Shown: positions 1 to 13,918, numbered from the stretch's first letter. The stretch is 64,000 bases of DNA from Mobula hypostoma (GCF_963921235.1 NC_086097.1:193132001-193196000); one strand, 5' to 3'. Numbers and translations are program-made. Notes: generated by a model from the letters alone, not told the origin.

Positions 1-1516
1 AAACATCATGGACCTTGGCTCTGCTGCTATGCACAATTCTGGTTTTAATTTAGAATAAAGGATAGGAAATGCGGTAAAAACAAATTTACAAAGATGTTTC
101 CAAAAATGAGAAGTTGTAATTAACATGAAAGATTGAATAGTCTGAGATTCTCTAAGTAGAAGGCATTAAAGAGACCTTCAAAACTATGAAGGGATTTGAC
201 AGGATGGAAATAGATATTTCCACATTATTAAACTGCAGGCTTGTGCCTTTTAAGTGGTGGAAAGGCTTTGGATGTTAGGAAACGGATTATCATTGTGGGA
301 TGCCTACCCTTTATAGCTACATTAATTGGCTGGTCCACTTGTGCAGCTGGATGCTGATGGAATGGAACTCTCACTGGGAAGGCTGTGGCCAGGCAATTGT
401 TTGTCATGAATGTTTACCTGCTTCTCAGATTCATGCCAGAATATTGACTAGGTTTATCTGCTTGCGTGGTTGGACTGTTCCATTTTTTGAGAAGTTGCAA
501 ATGAAATTGAATGGCTTCTGACCAATTGATGGTTTGGATGAGGCAACTAGGCGGGAAGAAACTAGTTGGTTGAATAAAGGCTTCTGTGAGAATGGGATCT
601 CTGGAAGAAGCCAACGTGGCTCGTCTACTCTTTCACTTTTGCCCATACTGGTTACAAATGTTTCATTCCAGTCTTTGACGCGTACTTGCTGGACCTTGCC
701 ATTGTTGAACCATAGAACCATAGAACACTACAGCACAGAAAACAGGCCATTTGGCCCTTCTAGTCTGTGCCGAAGCATTATTCCACTAGTCCCATTGACC
801 CACACTGCCCAGAAATTCCCTGAATTCATGGAAAAATTTACAATGACCAATTAACCTACCAACCGGTACATCTTGGGACTGTGGGAGGAAACTGGAGCAT
901 GTGGAGGAAACCCATGCAGTCACGGGGAGAACGTTCGAACTCCTTACAGGCAGTTGTGGGAAGGATTTGTACATTCTCCCCATGACCATGTGGGGGATGT
1001 TTATGGAGGAGTCCCCTTCCATTAGCTGTTTAGTTATTCACTGCCATTCTTAACTAGACATGGTAGAAATACAGAACTTGTAGAACTTTGACATTTGTCA
1101 AATTAAAATGGCCATGCAATTAAAGATGCTGTCATAGACAAAAGTACCTGAACTTGCTGGGTTGGTAATGATGATATTAATTATGTTTATTGTGTTGGTT
1201 CATTCACCATGTGCTGGAGATGCAGTCTGCAGCTATGTCTTCAGGAGTTAGCCCAAACAATGTTATGATGCTACCAAGCCAATCTTGATTATGAACATTG
1301 AAGTCCCCAACTAGATTCCATATTTTGCCCTTGCTATTGCTGCAATTACTTCATGTTATTTAAATGGACGAATGCTGATTCACCATTTTAGGGAGGGATC
1401 GTGCATTTACAAATCTTTATAATATCTTCCAGAAAGCTATCAGCTACAGATGTTGTTATATCCATTCCTAATGCAATTGTCTCATCCACAAATTGATCTG
1501 AAGGATTGCTGTGCTG

Positions 1517-1675
1517 TGGCACAGTAGCATAGCAACTAGAATAATGCTGTTAGAGGGAGAATGACCCTAGGTTCAATTCCTGCCACCGGTCTGTGAAGAG
1601 TTTGTACATTCTCCCCGTGACCTTATGGGCTTCCTCAAGGTGCTCTGATTTAGTCCCACATTCCAAAGATATACA
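1517..1675 (+). mobile_element. HE1/V-SINE-like SINE fragment
   Basis: tRNA-like head tggcacagtag...ggttcaattcc and V-domain-like gagtttgtacattctccccgtgacc...cccacattccaaag. Similar copies at about 710-1000 (-), 4627-4930 (+), 27080-27300 (-) and 39040-39245 (+). Confidence 0.6.
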
Positions 1676-3864
1676 GATGCTTCATCTGAAACAAAGCCAT
1701 GAAGGCTGCTATCAGCTAATAAACCAGAGCAGATTGGATTATTGATCCTAAAGCTTTAGAAAGGAATCTTTATCTTTGAGCAACTAGAAAGTCGAAACAA
1801 TTGAGGCTGATAGAAAATCAGTGTAGCCTCTGAAACTCATTTCAAGACTGGGGCAAATATTTTTCTATCTTGCAATGTGTTACTTTAATGTCACCAGCTA
1901 CTTTAAGGCAAACCTGGTGCATCTGACTGGGGCACTTACAGTCAATATAAAAGTGGTTCTATTCATATTTGCTATGTAAATATATTTAATTACATTTCTT
2001 AGCTTCTAAACAAACAATATATTTCAGACTGCATGTGAGTAAGGAGGAAGTGGTGTTCAAGAATACAGGTTACAGAATACAAAAGTGACAGGTGTGTTAA
2101 GACAGGCCATTGGTTCTGTAGAAAGATTTTTTGTGTGACTGTATGTTTACTTGCTATCTCATATGTGCCTTGCGCTGTCTATGACTGTTGGTACTGTGAT
2201 TTGCACCTTGGCCCCAAAGGAACACTATAGGTATTCATGCACGGTTGAATGACAATTAAAATTGAACTTGAGAAACTCCTAACAAAAAGCTGTTTTGCTG
2301 CCTTGTGATGTTTGATCAAAAGTCCAATATTTCAAGGACACACCCCTATGATTGTTTAGTTGGACCAAGACAGGATCTTAATATACTTGCTATTTTTAAG
2401 AAGTTTGACCTGTTTGCGTAATTTCTGTTTGGACAGCTCAGTAATAGTCTGTTTTGTTCATTTGCCTATTAATATTTAAAAGTCTCCGGCCTTAATTCTT
2501 CCTAAGTTACATCATGGTGAAAGGAAGCGATTTCATCACATTTAGGGAAAAAAACACGGACATCTCAAGTGAGTTTGCTCATGGAGCAGTTCTGGCTGGC
2601 TATCCAGTATGAGACCAAGGTGACATTGCTGTGGTCAATTTCCACCAGGCAGGAGACCTCGACTTTCTCCTGGTCATTTGAATAGGTTGATGAACTCAGA
2701 TCTTCTGTGAACATAAAATTAAACTGGTATCCTGTGAGGAAAAGGCAGGGAAATTCTTTTTCTAGACTAGTTTCAAGCCCTTTGTTAGTTATAATCAATT
2801 ATCTGGAAGAGTTTGATGGGTGTGACCTTGCTGTGCATATACACAAATTACATCAGACTATTTAAACTAAAAGGAAAAGCACAATATAACACGAAAGCAA
2901 AATAGAGGGTGCAGGGAATCTGTAATAAAGCAGAAAATACAGAAAACCATCAAGAAATGCAGCAGCGCCAAGAAGGAGAAATAACTAAGATTTGAGACAT
3001 TGTTAACATTTTATGTGTACATATCATAACTTAGTCCAATTATGCCTTTACCCAGTGTCCTTGGCCTGACATGAACAAAATGGAATTGAACTACTGTATT
3101 CACTAATTTTCTATTGTCTTATCCTAAAGATTATAAAAATGCTTGTAGACTGACTGTGTCTCTGCTGAGACCAAAACCTTTTTCAGTATTATAAAAGTCA
3201 AAAGACTCCAGATAATGGAATCTGAAATGAAAAGAGAGTGCTGGAAACACTCAACTAATCAGGCAGAAAACATGCTTTGACAAAGGTTCTCCAACCTGAA
3301 ACTGTAATTCTGCTTTTCCTTCAATAAATAGTGCTTGAGGTGCTATTTCCGTCATTTCCTGTGTTTTGTATTAATTTATCATTCAAATATTAAAGCAGTT
3401 TTTAAGGCAAAGACAGTTTAATAAAAGCATTATGAATTCAAACAATCTCAAACAGAAAGCTAAATGGGAGGATAATTTAGATTTTTTTTGTTAGGATGAA
3501 TGATGTAATTATGAATATTACTTGCCTCAATGCTGAAGCTTCTCAAGAATTTTTACTGCTTTTTGCAGCACTATTGGGGGAGAAAAATGCTTCTGTCTCC
3601 CTGATATGGTCCTGCTTTTGATATATCTAATTCCAACCAGCTTAAGTGCAAGTTTAGCAGAGTTAAAATTTAGGGACCACTGGGTAGCTGCTGAAAGCCT
3701 GATGGAGTTAACAAAAATATCTGGATAAATTTGTTTCTAATTCTTTGACCAGGACAACCTAAATCAATTGGGAGCAATACCTTAAATGGTTCCATAGAGT
3801 TGGTTGGAAAGAATCTTGGGGAGTCTGCAGAAGATGACTAGCTTGACATTTACCCAACTACCCA

Positions 3865-4474
3865 AACACGAGGAAATCTGTAGATGCTGGAATTTCAAGC
3901 AACGCACATAAAAGTTGCTGGTGAACGCAGCAGGCCAGGCAGCATCTCTAGGAAGAGGTAGAGTCGGCGATTCAGGCCGAGACCCTTCATCAGGACTCAC
4001 TGAAAGAAGAGCTAGTAAGAGATTTGAGAGGGGGAGGGGGAGGGGGAGATCCGAAATGATAGGAAAAGACAGGAGGGGGAGGGATGGAGCCAAGAGCTGG
4101 ACAGTTGATTAGCAAAAGGGATATGAGAGGATCATGGGACAGGAGGCCTAGGGAGAAAGAAAAGGGGAAGGGGGAAAAAACCAGAGGATGGGCAAGGGGT
4201 ATAGTGAGGGGGGCAGAGGGAGAAAAAGGAGAGAGAAAAAAAGAATGTGTGTATATAAATAAATAACAGATGGGGTACGAGGAGGAGATGGAGCATTAGC
4301 AGAAGTTTGAGAAGTCAATGTTCATGCCATCAGGTTGGAGGCTACCCAGACGGAGTATAAGGTATTGTTCCTCCAACCTGAGTGTGGCTTCATCTTTACA
4401 GTAGAGGAAGCCGTAGACAGACATATCAGAATGGGAATGGGACATGGAATTAAAATGTGTGGCCACTGGGAGAT
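3865..4474 (-). mobile_element. Solo 5'-truncated Penelope-like fragment
   Basis: GIY-YIG C-terminus DLPVATHFNS...LQPDGMNIDFSNF plus 3' UTR. 12-bp TSD cccaactaccca at 3853-3864 and 4475-4486. Confidence 0.85.
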
Positions 4475-6329
4475 CCCAACTACCCAGCTGGATTAAGGCT
4501 TTTGATTCCACTCTATCCCATCTCTACTCCCCAACTCATTCTGCATTTGCTTAAAGGCACTGATGTCAAATTGCTTTAAAATCTTTTAGAAGAGACCTTT
4601 AACTTGTTATTTTATATCTTGCTTTAGGTCAGCAATTAGAGCTGTTGCCTCATAGTTCCAATGATGCAGGTTCAGTCCTAACTTTAGATGCTATCTGTGT
4701 GGAGTTCATGAGTTTCCTCTATAACTGGGAGGGTTCCTTAAAGTGCTGTAGCTTTGTCTCACATCCCCAAAAAAAAGACTTGCAGGTGGCCTAAAATGCC
4801 TTTTGTGTGTAGGTGAGTGGTTGAAACTGGGAGAATTGTTGGAAATGTGGAAAATCTAAAATGGGATTTGTGTAGGATTAGAGTAAATGGTGCTTGATAG
4901 TCTACACAGAAGAACCTGTTTCTTTGCTGTACAATTGTGTGGCAATATACCTTTAGCAAAAAAGAAAAAAATCTTAATTGAATTAACATATACTGATGGA
5001 TTTGTATCAGTTCAGTGTGAAGTTTCAGGGAGCTGATATTCTAATATATCATTGTACAAGATAAATGCTTAAGTATCATGTCTATTTAAATCAGCAATCC
5101 CAGTCACTGAGTTTGGAAACTGCATACAAAAATTTTCCTCCATGACTTCCTACGACTCTCAAAGCAGTGGTTCCCAACAGGAAGTATTGCTTGAATTACT
5201 GGGATTACTTTGGGTGGTAAGAGAGGGTGGGAATAGGCATAATTGGCCAATGGGTTATTAGCTGTCAGAGATGAACACTCATCCCCAATCCCAACCAAAT
5301 CTCTTGCTCCATAGAGGCAGTGAAAAAAAGATACTAACTTACTGGAAGGAAGAACTACCTAACCAGCTGAAACCTTCACCACAGGATTGGGTGGCATTGA
5401 GCCAGACAGATTTGAGCCTTTTAAGAACAGACAGGAGAAATCTATGTGGCTCGTAGTATTCACAGCAGAAAATCACAAGTGTAACATTTGTGTGTGTTTA
5501 ATTTAGATTGACATCATTCAAATGCTCGAGGCATAATACTCATGGATGACCACAATTGAATTTGGGAAGCACATTATGCAAGCATAGAATGCCCAGCAGC
5601 ATCTAGCTATCAGAATTTAAATTGAATTTTACCTTGGAGAGCAAAGATTTATGTGTTACACAATAGAATTTCCAGCTCAGTGCCTTTCACGACTTGAGAA
5701 GGTCTCATAACACTTTATACTCGATGAAATACTTCCAGTATAGTCACTGTATGGGTTGTTTTAGCATTTATCTTGCATGAAATCAACTCTCGTCAAAATT
5801 GAAGTTGCAACTAGAGTGTGAGATTGAAATAGTATTGTGCAATAGATAGGCAGATGAATGAAGGAAAAATGGCATGTTATGGCCTATGTAGGAGGGAACA
5901 GTTAGATTGATCATGGAGTAGGTTAAAGAGTCAGCTCAACATTGTAGGCTAAAAGGCTCACGCTGCACTCTACTGTTCTGTGTTGTAATATTAACAACAG
6001 GAATTTCCTGTTACAGTTGTATTAGTAATGTAGCTTTAGCAAGTGTCAAAGAAAGTAATTCTGGTAGAAGTGACGTGATAGCTAAGGATGAGATAATCAC
6101 CTAAGGAAATTATTATCCTTCACTTTCTTTCTAACGAGAGATTCATCTAGCTTGTAATGAGATTAAATTATAATGTTTGTATAATAAAGTGAAACCACTG
6201 CTGTCAGAGCTTTTACAGAAGGCTCATCACAAAGAATTTCCCAAGCTGTTTCCAATAACCAGTTTGGACAGTATTTCAGAATAATAGTTATAGTGCATAG
6301 AAACATGTCCTTCAGCCTATCATATCTAT

Positions 6330-7810
6330 ACTGACCATCATCCCTATTTATACTAATCCTACTTGTTGAATAATTTATCTATGCTGTACTCATTCAAGAA
6401 CCTGTCAAGACGCCTCTTACAATTTACCATTCCTGCCTCTACCATCACCTCTGGCAGCTCTTTACGAGTACTCTTTATGTGAAGTATTTCACCTTGTTCC
6501 CCTCTAAACCTCCTCCCACTCAATTTAAAACTATGCCCCAAGCGCTACCATGGGAAATAGACATTGGCTATATAATCTATCTGTGCCTCTCATAATTTTA
6601 TATACCTCCTTCATGTCACATCAAAGCCTTTATCACTCCAGGAGAAAAAGACCTGGCGTATCCAATCTCTCTTCATAACTCAGTCTAGAATCTTTTCTGC
6701 ACCCTCTCTATCTTCACATCCTTCCTGCAGTGTGGCAATCAGGGCTGCACACTGTTCCTCAAGTGTGACCTAGCCAGCATTAGGTACAGTTGTAACATGA
6801 TGTCCCAACTCTTATACTCATTTCCTCAGTCATTTAACGCAAGCATTACATATGACTTTTACATCACTCTGTCTACCTGTGTTCCAGTTTTCAAGGAAAT
6901 ATGAAATTGTGCCTCAAGATCTTTCTGTTCAACAACACTCCTCAGGACTCAGCCATTCTTTGTTAATGCCCTACCCAGATTCAACATCTCAAAGGCTTAA
7001 TTTCATAACTGTTTGAATTAAATTCCACTTACCATTCCCTTGCCACTTCTGTAGTTGATCCGGATTGTATTCCATCCTAGACAACTTCCTTCACTGTCCA
7101 TCACACCACCAACTTTGGTGCCACTGTAAACTTGACAATCATCACTCTCATCTAAATCTACATTCCCAAGCAAATCATTAGTATCTACAAGAAACAACAC
7201 TCTCTGCAGCACAGCACTGGTCACTCTTCCAGTTGAAAAATAACCCATTATTACAACCCTCTGCTTCCTACCACCAAGTCAATTTTATTTCTAATTGGCT
7301 AATTCATTCTGCATTCTCTATGTTCTTACCTTCTGCACCAGCCTTCCAGCAGGACAGTGTCAAAGGCCTTGCTGAAGTTCATATAAAGTTTGCTATCTGT
7401 ATCTCATCAGTCCTCTTGGTCACCTCTTCAGAAACTTCATTCAAATTCATGAGACATGATTTCTCATATAAAGTGCCATGCTGACTAGCCCAAGATCAGT
7501 CCTTGGCTTTCCAAGTGCAAAATAAGATCATGTCCCTCAGAATGTTTTCCAATAACCTTTCTACCACTAATGTTAGGCTCACCAGTCTGTAGTTCTGTGG
7601 CTTATTCTTGGTGCTCTCCTCAAATAAAGGCACAACATCAGCCACACTCCAGTATTCCACTATCTTACCTGTGGCAAATGAAGACAGAAAACTCTTTGGC
7701 AAAGCCTCAGCAATGTCCCATAACATCCTAGGATACAGTTGGCAAGGTTCTGGGAATGTATCCATATTTATGTCCTTCAACACCTCTAATACATCCTTCG
7801 TAATGTTGAT
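6330..7810 (-). mobile_element. Decayed CR1-type LINE RT fragment
   Basis: VVPLF...NYRLVSLTLVVERLLENILRD and a CR1-like 3' region. Confidence 0.75.
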
Positions 7811-8798
7811 ACAATCCAGGATAGCAGGTTTGTTGGAGTTGTTGGAAAGGGTTTCAACTAATTTGGCACAGGGACAGATGACAGCCAACATTGCACTCAG
7901 TGGAATTAGCTGAAGTGTAACATGGGAGCAGAATCGAAAAGGGTGATGAGCGCAGGACTGAAGGTGCTGTATTTGAGTGCATGCCATATAAGGAATAAGG
8001 TAGATGATCTTGTAGTGCTCTTAAAGATTGGCAGGGATGATGTGGGTATTGCTGATTCGTGGCTGAAAGAATATCATAGTTCGGAGCTCAACATCTAAGG
8101 ATACACATTGAATCAAAAGGACAGGTGGGAATAGGCAGAGGGGATGGGGTGGCTCTTTTAGTAAAATATGAAATGAAATCCTGAGAAAAATCAGAAGACA
8201 TAGAATCCAGTGGGTATAGTTAAGTATTGCATGGCTTTTGAGACCCTGATGGGAGTTGTATACAGGTCTCCAAACAGTAGCCAGGATGTGTAATATAAAT
8301 TACAATGGGAGAGAGAAAAGGCGTGTAAAAAGGGCAATATGATGATAGTATTGGGGAATTTCCATAAGCACATAAATTGGAAAAAATAGGTAGGTAGGTG
8401 CTGGATCCTGAGAGGGGGAATTTATAGAATGCCTACAAGATGGCTTTTTAGAGCAGCATGTGGTTGAGCGCATTAGAAGTCAGGCAATTCTGGATTAGGT
8501 GTTGTGTAATGAACCAGATGGAGTTCACCCTGTAGCTTGAGAGGGAGAAGATAAAATCAGATGTACAGTGGAGTAATGGGAAATACAGGGGCATGAGAGT
8601 GGAGCTGGCCAAGGTTGATTGGAAGGGGACACAAACAGGATGACAGCAGATCAACAATGGCTGGAGTTTCTGGGGGCAATTCAGAAGGCGCAGGATAGGT
8701 ACCTCCCAAAAACGAAGAATTCTAAAGGCTACTGTGGCTGACAAGGTAAGTCAAAGGCAGCATAAAAGAAAAGCAAAGTGCATATAAAACAGCAATAA

Positions 8799-9061
8799 AG
8801 GAAAGGTACGTCGCATCCGGAATTTCTCCAGTTAGCTGACGACTTCCTCCCACGCCGCTCTGACGTAGTGGGAAATCATGTACAAGGCAAGTTACAGCAG
8901 TGGTTTGCCATTGCCTTCTGTTGGGTGAGTTTTTTTTCAAAGAGATCACCAGCTCTTAACCCAGCATGGGTGAAAAGCATGCTGGGGAGCCGGCTGGATT
9001 CGAACTTGGAACTTCCCGCCCTGCAGTCCAGCACTAATGCCACTACGCCACCAGCCGGGTC
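8799..9061 (-). mobile_element. tRNA-derived SINE
   Basis: Reverse complement has A box TGGCGTAGTGG, B box GTTCGAATCC and internal gaaggcaatggcaaaccac. 13-bp TSD aaaacagcaataa at 8786-8798 and 9062-9074. Confidence 0.85.
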
Positions 9062-10420
9062 AAAACAGCAATAATTTGTGAGAATTTAGAGGTTTGGGAA
9101 GCTTTTAAAAGCCAACAAATGGCAACAAAAAAGCCCTAAGAGGAGAAAAGAAGAAATATGAAGGTAAGCTACCTAAGAATATCAAAGAGGATGCCAAATT
9201 TTTTTCATATAAAGATTAAAAGAGAGGCGAGAGTGGATATTGGACTGCTGGAAATGATGCTGGATAGGTTGTAATTGAAGGCAATGAAATGGTGTACAAA
9301 TTTAATGAGTATTTTGTGTCAGTCTTCACTGTGGAAGGCACTAGCAATATGCAAGAAATTCATGAATATCAGGGGCAGAAATGAGTGCAGTTGCTACTAT
9401 TAAGGAAAAGGTGCTTGGGAAGCTGAATGGTCTGATGGACCAGATGGACTACATTCCAGTGTTCTGAAAGAAGTAGCTGAAGAGATTGCAGAGGGATTAG
9501 TAATGATCTTTCAAGAATCACTAGATTCTGGAATGGTTCTGTAGAACTTGAAAATTTGTAATGTCACTCCATTCTTTAAGAAGAAAGAAAACCAGAAGAA
9601 ATGAAATCATAGGCAAGTTAGCTTGACCTCAGTATTTGGGAAGATGTTGGAATAAATTATTAAGGATGAGTTTTCGGGGTACTTAGAGGCACATGATAAA
9701 GTAGGCCAAAGTCAGCAAATTTCCCTTAAGTGCAAACCTTACCTGATAAATTTGTTGAACATATCTTTTAGGAAATAACAAGCAGGATAGACAAAGGAGA
9801 GTCAGTGGGTAGTGTGTACTTGGATTTTCAGAAGGCCCTTGACAAGGGGCCATACATGAAGCTGCTTTACAAGATAAGAGCGTATGGTATCACAGGAAAG
9901 ATACTAGCATGGATAGAAGATTGGCTGACAGGCAAGAGGCAAAGGGTGGGAATAAAGGAGGCCTATTCTAGTTGGCTGCTTGTGATTAGTGGTGTTCCAC
10001 GGGGGTCTGTATTGGGACTATTTCTTTTCACATTATATGTCAATGATTTGGATGATTGAATTGATGGCTTTATGGCTAAGTTTGCAGATGATACAAAAAT
10101 AGATGAAGGGGCAGGTAGTATTGAGGAAGCAAAGATTCTGCAGAAGGACAGATTGGGGGAATGGGCAAAGAAGTAGCAGATGTAGGAAGGTAACTGGTCA
10201 TGGACTTTGGGAGAAGGGAGAAGGGCATAGACTATTTAATAACCATGGAGAAAATTTAAAAATCAGAGATGCAAAGGGCCTTCAGAGTCCTTGTGCAGGA
10301 TTTCCTAAAGGTTAGTTTGCATTTAGTGTCGGTGGTATAGAATGTAAATGCAATGTTAGCAACATACATCAAAGTTGCTGGTGAACGCAGCAGGCCAAGC
10401 AGCATCTATAGGAAGAGGCG

Positions 10421-10458
10421 CAGTCGACGTTTCAGGCCGAGACCCTTCGTCAGGACTA
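10421..10458 (-). ncRNA. Minimal hammerhead ribozyme, left arm of the large palindrome
   Basis: Exact reverse complement of 13881-13918; core intact. Confidence 0.8.
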
Positions 10459-10753
10459 ACTGAAGGAAGAGTGAGTAAGGGATTTGAAAGCTGGAGGGGG
10501 AGGGGGAGATGCAAAATGATAGGAGAAGACAGGAGGGCGAGGGATAGAGCCGAGAGCTGGACAGGTGATAGGCAAAAGGGGATACGAGAGGATCATGGGA
10601 CAGGAGGTCCGGGAAGAAAGACAAGGGGGGGGAGTGACCCAGAGGATGGGCAAGAGGCATATTCAGAGGGACAGAGGGAGAAAAAGGAGAGTGAGAGAAA
10701 GAATGTGTGCATAAAAATGAGTAACAGATGGGGTACGAGGGGGAGGTAGGGCC

Positions 10754-12534
10754 TTAGCGGAAGTTAGAGAAGTCAATGTTCATGCCATCAGGTTGGAGGC
10801 TACCCAGACGGAATATAAGGTGTTGTTCCTCCAACCTGAGTGTGGCTTCATCTTTAAAGTAGAGGAGGCCGTGAATAGACATGTCAGAATGGGAATGGGA
10901 TGTGGAATTAAAATGTGTGGCCACTGGGAGATCCTGCTTTCTCTGGCGGACAAAGCGTAGATGTTCAGCAAAGCGGTCTCCCAGTCTGCGTCGGGTCTCA
11001 CCAATATATAAAAGGCCACATCGGGAGCACCGGACACAGTATATCACCCCAGTCGACTCACAGGTGAAGTGATGCCTCACCTGGAAGGACTGTTTGGGGC
11101 CCTGAATGGTGGTAAGGGAGGAAGTGTAAGGGCATGTGTAGCACTTGTTCCGCTTACACGGATAAGTGCCAGGAGGGAGATCAGTGGGGAGGGATGGGGG
11201 GGACGAATGGACAAGGGAGTTGTGTAGGGAGCGATCCCTGCGGAATGCAGAGAGAGGGGGGGAGGGAAAGATGTGCTTAGTGGTGGGATCCCGTTGGAGG
11301 TGGTGGAAGTTACGGAGAATAATATGTTGGACCCGGAGGCTGGTGGGGTGGTAGGTGAGGACCAGGGGAACCCTATTCCTAGTGGGGTGGTGGGAGGATG
11401 GAGTGAGAGCAGATGTATGTGAAATGGGGGAGATGCGTTTAAGAGCAGAGTTGATAGTGGAGGAAGGGAAGCCCCTTTCTTTAAAAAATGAAGACATCTC
11501 CCTCGTCCTAGAATGAAAAGCCTCATCCTGAGAGCAGATGCGGCGGAGACGGAGGAATTGCGAGAAGGGGATGGCGTTTTTGCAAGAGACAGGGTGAGAA
11601 GAGGAATAGTCCAGATAGCTGTGAGAGTCAGTAGGCTTATAGTAGACATCAGTGGATAAGGTGTCTCCAGAGATAGAGACAGAAAGATCTAGAAAGGGGA
11701 GGGAGGTGTCAGAAATGGACCAGGTAAACTTGAGGGCAGGGTGAAAGTTGGAGGCAAAGTTAATAAAGTCAACGAGTTCTGCATGCGTGCAGGAAGCAGC
11801 GCCAATGCAGTCGTCGATGTAGCGAAGGAAAAGTGGGGGACAGATACCAGAATAGGTACGGAACATAGATTGTTCCACAAACCCAACAAAAAGGCAGGCA
11901 TAGCTAGGACCCATACGGGTGCCCATAGCTACACCTTTAGTTTGGAGGAAATGGGAGGAGCAAAAGGAGAAATTATTAAGAGTAAGGACTAATTCCGCTA
12001 GACGGAGCAGAGTGGTGGTAGAGGGGAACTGATTAGGTCTGGAATCCAAAAAGAAGCGTAGAGCTTTGAGACCTTCCTGATGGGGGATGGAAGTATATAA
12101 GGACTGGACATCCATGGTGAAAATAAAGCGGTGGGGGCCAGGGAACTTAAAATCATCGAAAAGTTTAAGAGCGTGAGAAGTGTCACGAACATAGGTCGGA
12201 AGGGATTGAACAAGGGGTGATAAAACAGTGTTGAGGTATGCAGAAACGAGTTCGGTGGGGCAGGAGCAAGCTGAGACAATAGGTCGGCCAGGACAGGCAG
12301 GTTTGTGGATCTTGGGTAGGAGGTAGAAACGGGAAGTGCGGGGTGTGGGAACTATAAGGTTGGTAGCAGTGGATGGGAGATCCCCTGAGTGGATAAAGTC
12401 GGTGAAAGTGTGGGAGACAATGGCCTGGTGCTCCTTAGTGGGGTCACGATCGAGGGGTAAATAAGAGGAGGTATCCGCAAGTTGTCGCTGTGCCTCGGCA
12501 AGGTAGAGGTCAGTACGCCAGACTACAACAGCAC
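10754..12534 (-). CDS. 5'-truncated but uninterrupted Penelope-like RT + GIY-YIG endonuclease ORF
   Basis: RT motifs FYLLPKIHK..GRPIVS, TMDVQSLYTSIP, GVAMGT and YIDD; Cys linker PCKRNKCYTC (Neptune-like); GIY-YIG domain VIYCVRCSRCGLLYIGETRRRLGDRFAEH..VATHF. The N-terminus of the predicted ORF (to 12598) is read-through across the inversion junction. Confidence 0.9.
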
Positions 12535-13585
12535 TGGCGCTGCTTCCTGCACGCATGCAGAACTCGTTGACTTTATTAACTTTGCCTCCAACTTTCACCC
12601 TGCCCTCAAGTTTACCTGGTCCATTTCCGACACCTCCCTCCCCTTTCTAGATCTTTCTGTCTCTAACTCTGGAGACACCTTATCCACTGATGTCTACTAT
12701 AAGCCTACTGACTCTCACAGCTATCTGGACTATTCCTCTTCTCACCCTGTCTCTTGCAAAAACGCCATCCCCTTCTCGCAATTCCTCCGTCTCCGCCGCA
12801 TCTGCTCTCAGGATGAGGCTTTTCATTCTAGGACGAGGGAGATGTCTTCATTTTTTAAAGAAAGGGGCTTCCCTTCCTCCACTAACAACTCTGCTCTTAA
12901 ACGCATCTCCCCCATTTCACGTACATCTGCTCTCACTCCATCCTCCCACCACCCCACTAGGAATAGGGTTCCCCTGGTCCTCACCTACCACCCCACCAGC
13001 CTCCGGGTCCAACATATTATTCTCCGTAACTTCCGCCACCTCCAACGGGATCCCACCACTAAGCACATCTTTCCCTCCCCCCCTCTCTCTGCATTCCGCA
13101 GGGATCGCTCCCTACACAACTCCCTTGTCCATTCGTCCCCCCCATCCCTCCCCACTGATCTCCCTCCTGGCACTTATCCGTGTAAGCGGAACAAGTGCTA
13201 CACATGCCCTTACACTTCCTCCCTTACCACCATTCAGGGCCCCAAACAGTCCTTCCAGGTGAGGCATCACTTCACCTGTGAGTCGACTGGGGTGATATAC
13301 TGCGTCCGGTGCTCCCGATGTGGCCTTTTATATATTGGTGAGACCCGACGCAGACTGGGAGACCACTTTGCTGAACATCTACGCTCTGTCTGCCAGAGAA
13401 AGCAGGATCTCCCAGTGGCCACACATTTTAATTCCACATCCCATTCCCATTCTGACATGTCTATTCACGGCCTCCTCTACTGTAAAGATGAAGCCACACT
13501 CAGGTTGGAGGAACAACACCTTATATTCCGTCTGGGTAGCCTCCAACCTGATGGCATGAACATTGACTTCTCTAACTTCCGCTAA
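12535..13585 (+). pseudogene. Inverted partial copy of the Penelope-like ORF (RT thumb + GIY-YIG), lacking YIDD
   Basis: Begins at GAASCTHAEL, just after YIDDCI of the other arm. Eight amino-acid differences from the minus-strand arm over about 350 codons. Confidence 0.88.
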
Positions 13586-13880
13586 GGCCCTACCTCCCCC
13601 TCGTACCCCATCTGTTACTCATTTTTATGCACACATTCTTTCTCTCACTCTCCTTTTTCTCCCTCTGTCCCTCTGAATATGCCTCTTGCCCATCCTCTGG
13701 GTCACTCCCCCCCCTTGTCTTTCTTCCCGGACCTCCTGTCCCATGATCCTCTCGTATCCCCTTTTGCCTATCACCTGTCCAGCTCTCGGCTCTATCCCTC
13801 GCCCTCCTGTCTTCTCCTATCATTTTGCATCTCCCCCTCCCCCTCCAGCTTTCAAATCCCTTACTCACTCTTCCTTCAGT

Positions 13881-13918
13881 TAGTCCTGACGAAGGGTCTC
13901 GGCCTGAAACGTCGACTG
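13881..13918 (+). ncRNA. Minimal type-I hammerhead ribozyme in the Penelope 3' region
   Basis: AGTC-CTGACGA-AGGGTCTCGGCCT-GAAAC-GTC|GACT: stem I AGTC/GACT, core CUGAnGA and GAAA, stem II AGG/CCT, GUC cleavage triplet, and helix III reduced to the palindrome ACGT. Confidence 0.8.

Noticed and set aside
8985..9058. tRNA gene
   Set aside because: The A/B boxes are the head of a TSD-flanked SINE, and no convincing cloverleaf is present.
10375..10749. Recurrent ORF MLVNAAGQAAS... (also at 3915, 13590, 34911, 35514, 58052)
   Set aside because: Antisense reading of the pyrimidine-rich Penelope 3' UTR. It is low complexity, starts at a non-ATG codon and changes frame between copies.
12482..12598. 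N-termini of the 614-aa and 367-aa ORFs as real protein starts
   Set aside because: They are antisense read-through across the inversion junction from non-ATG codons.
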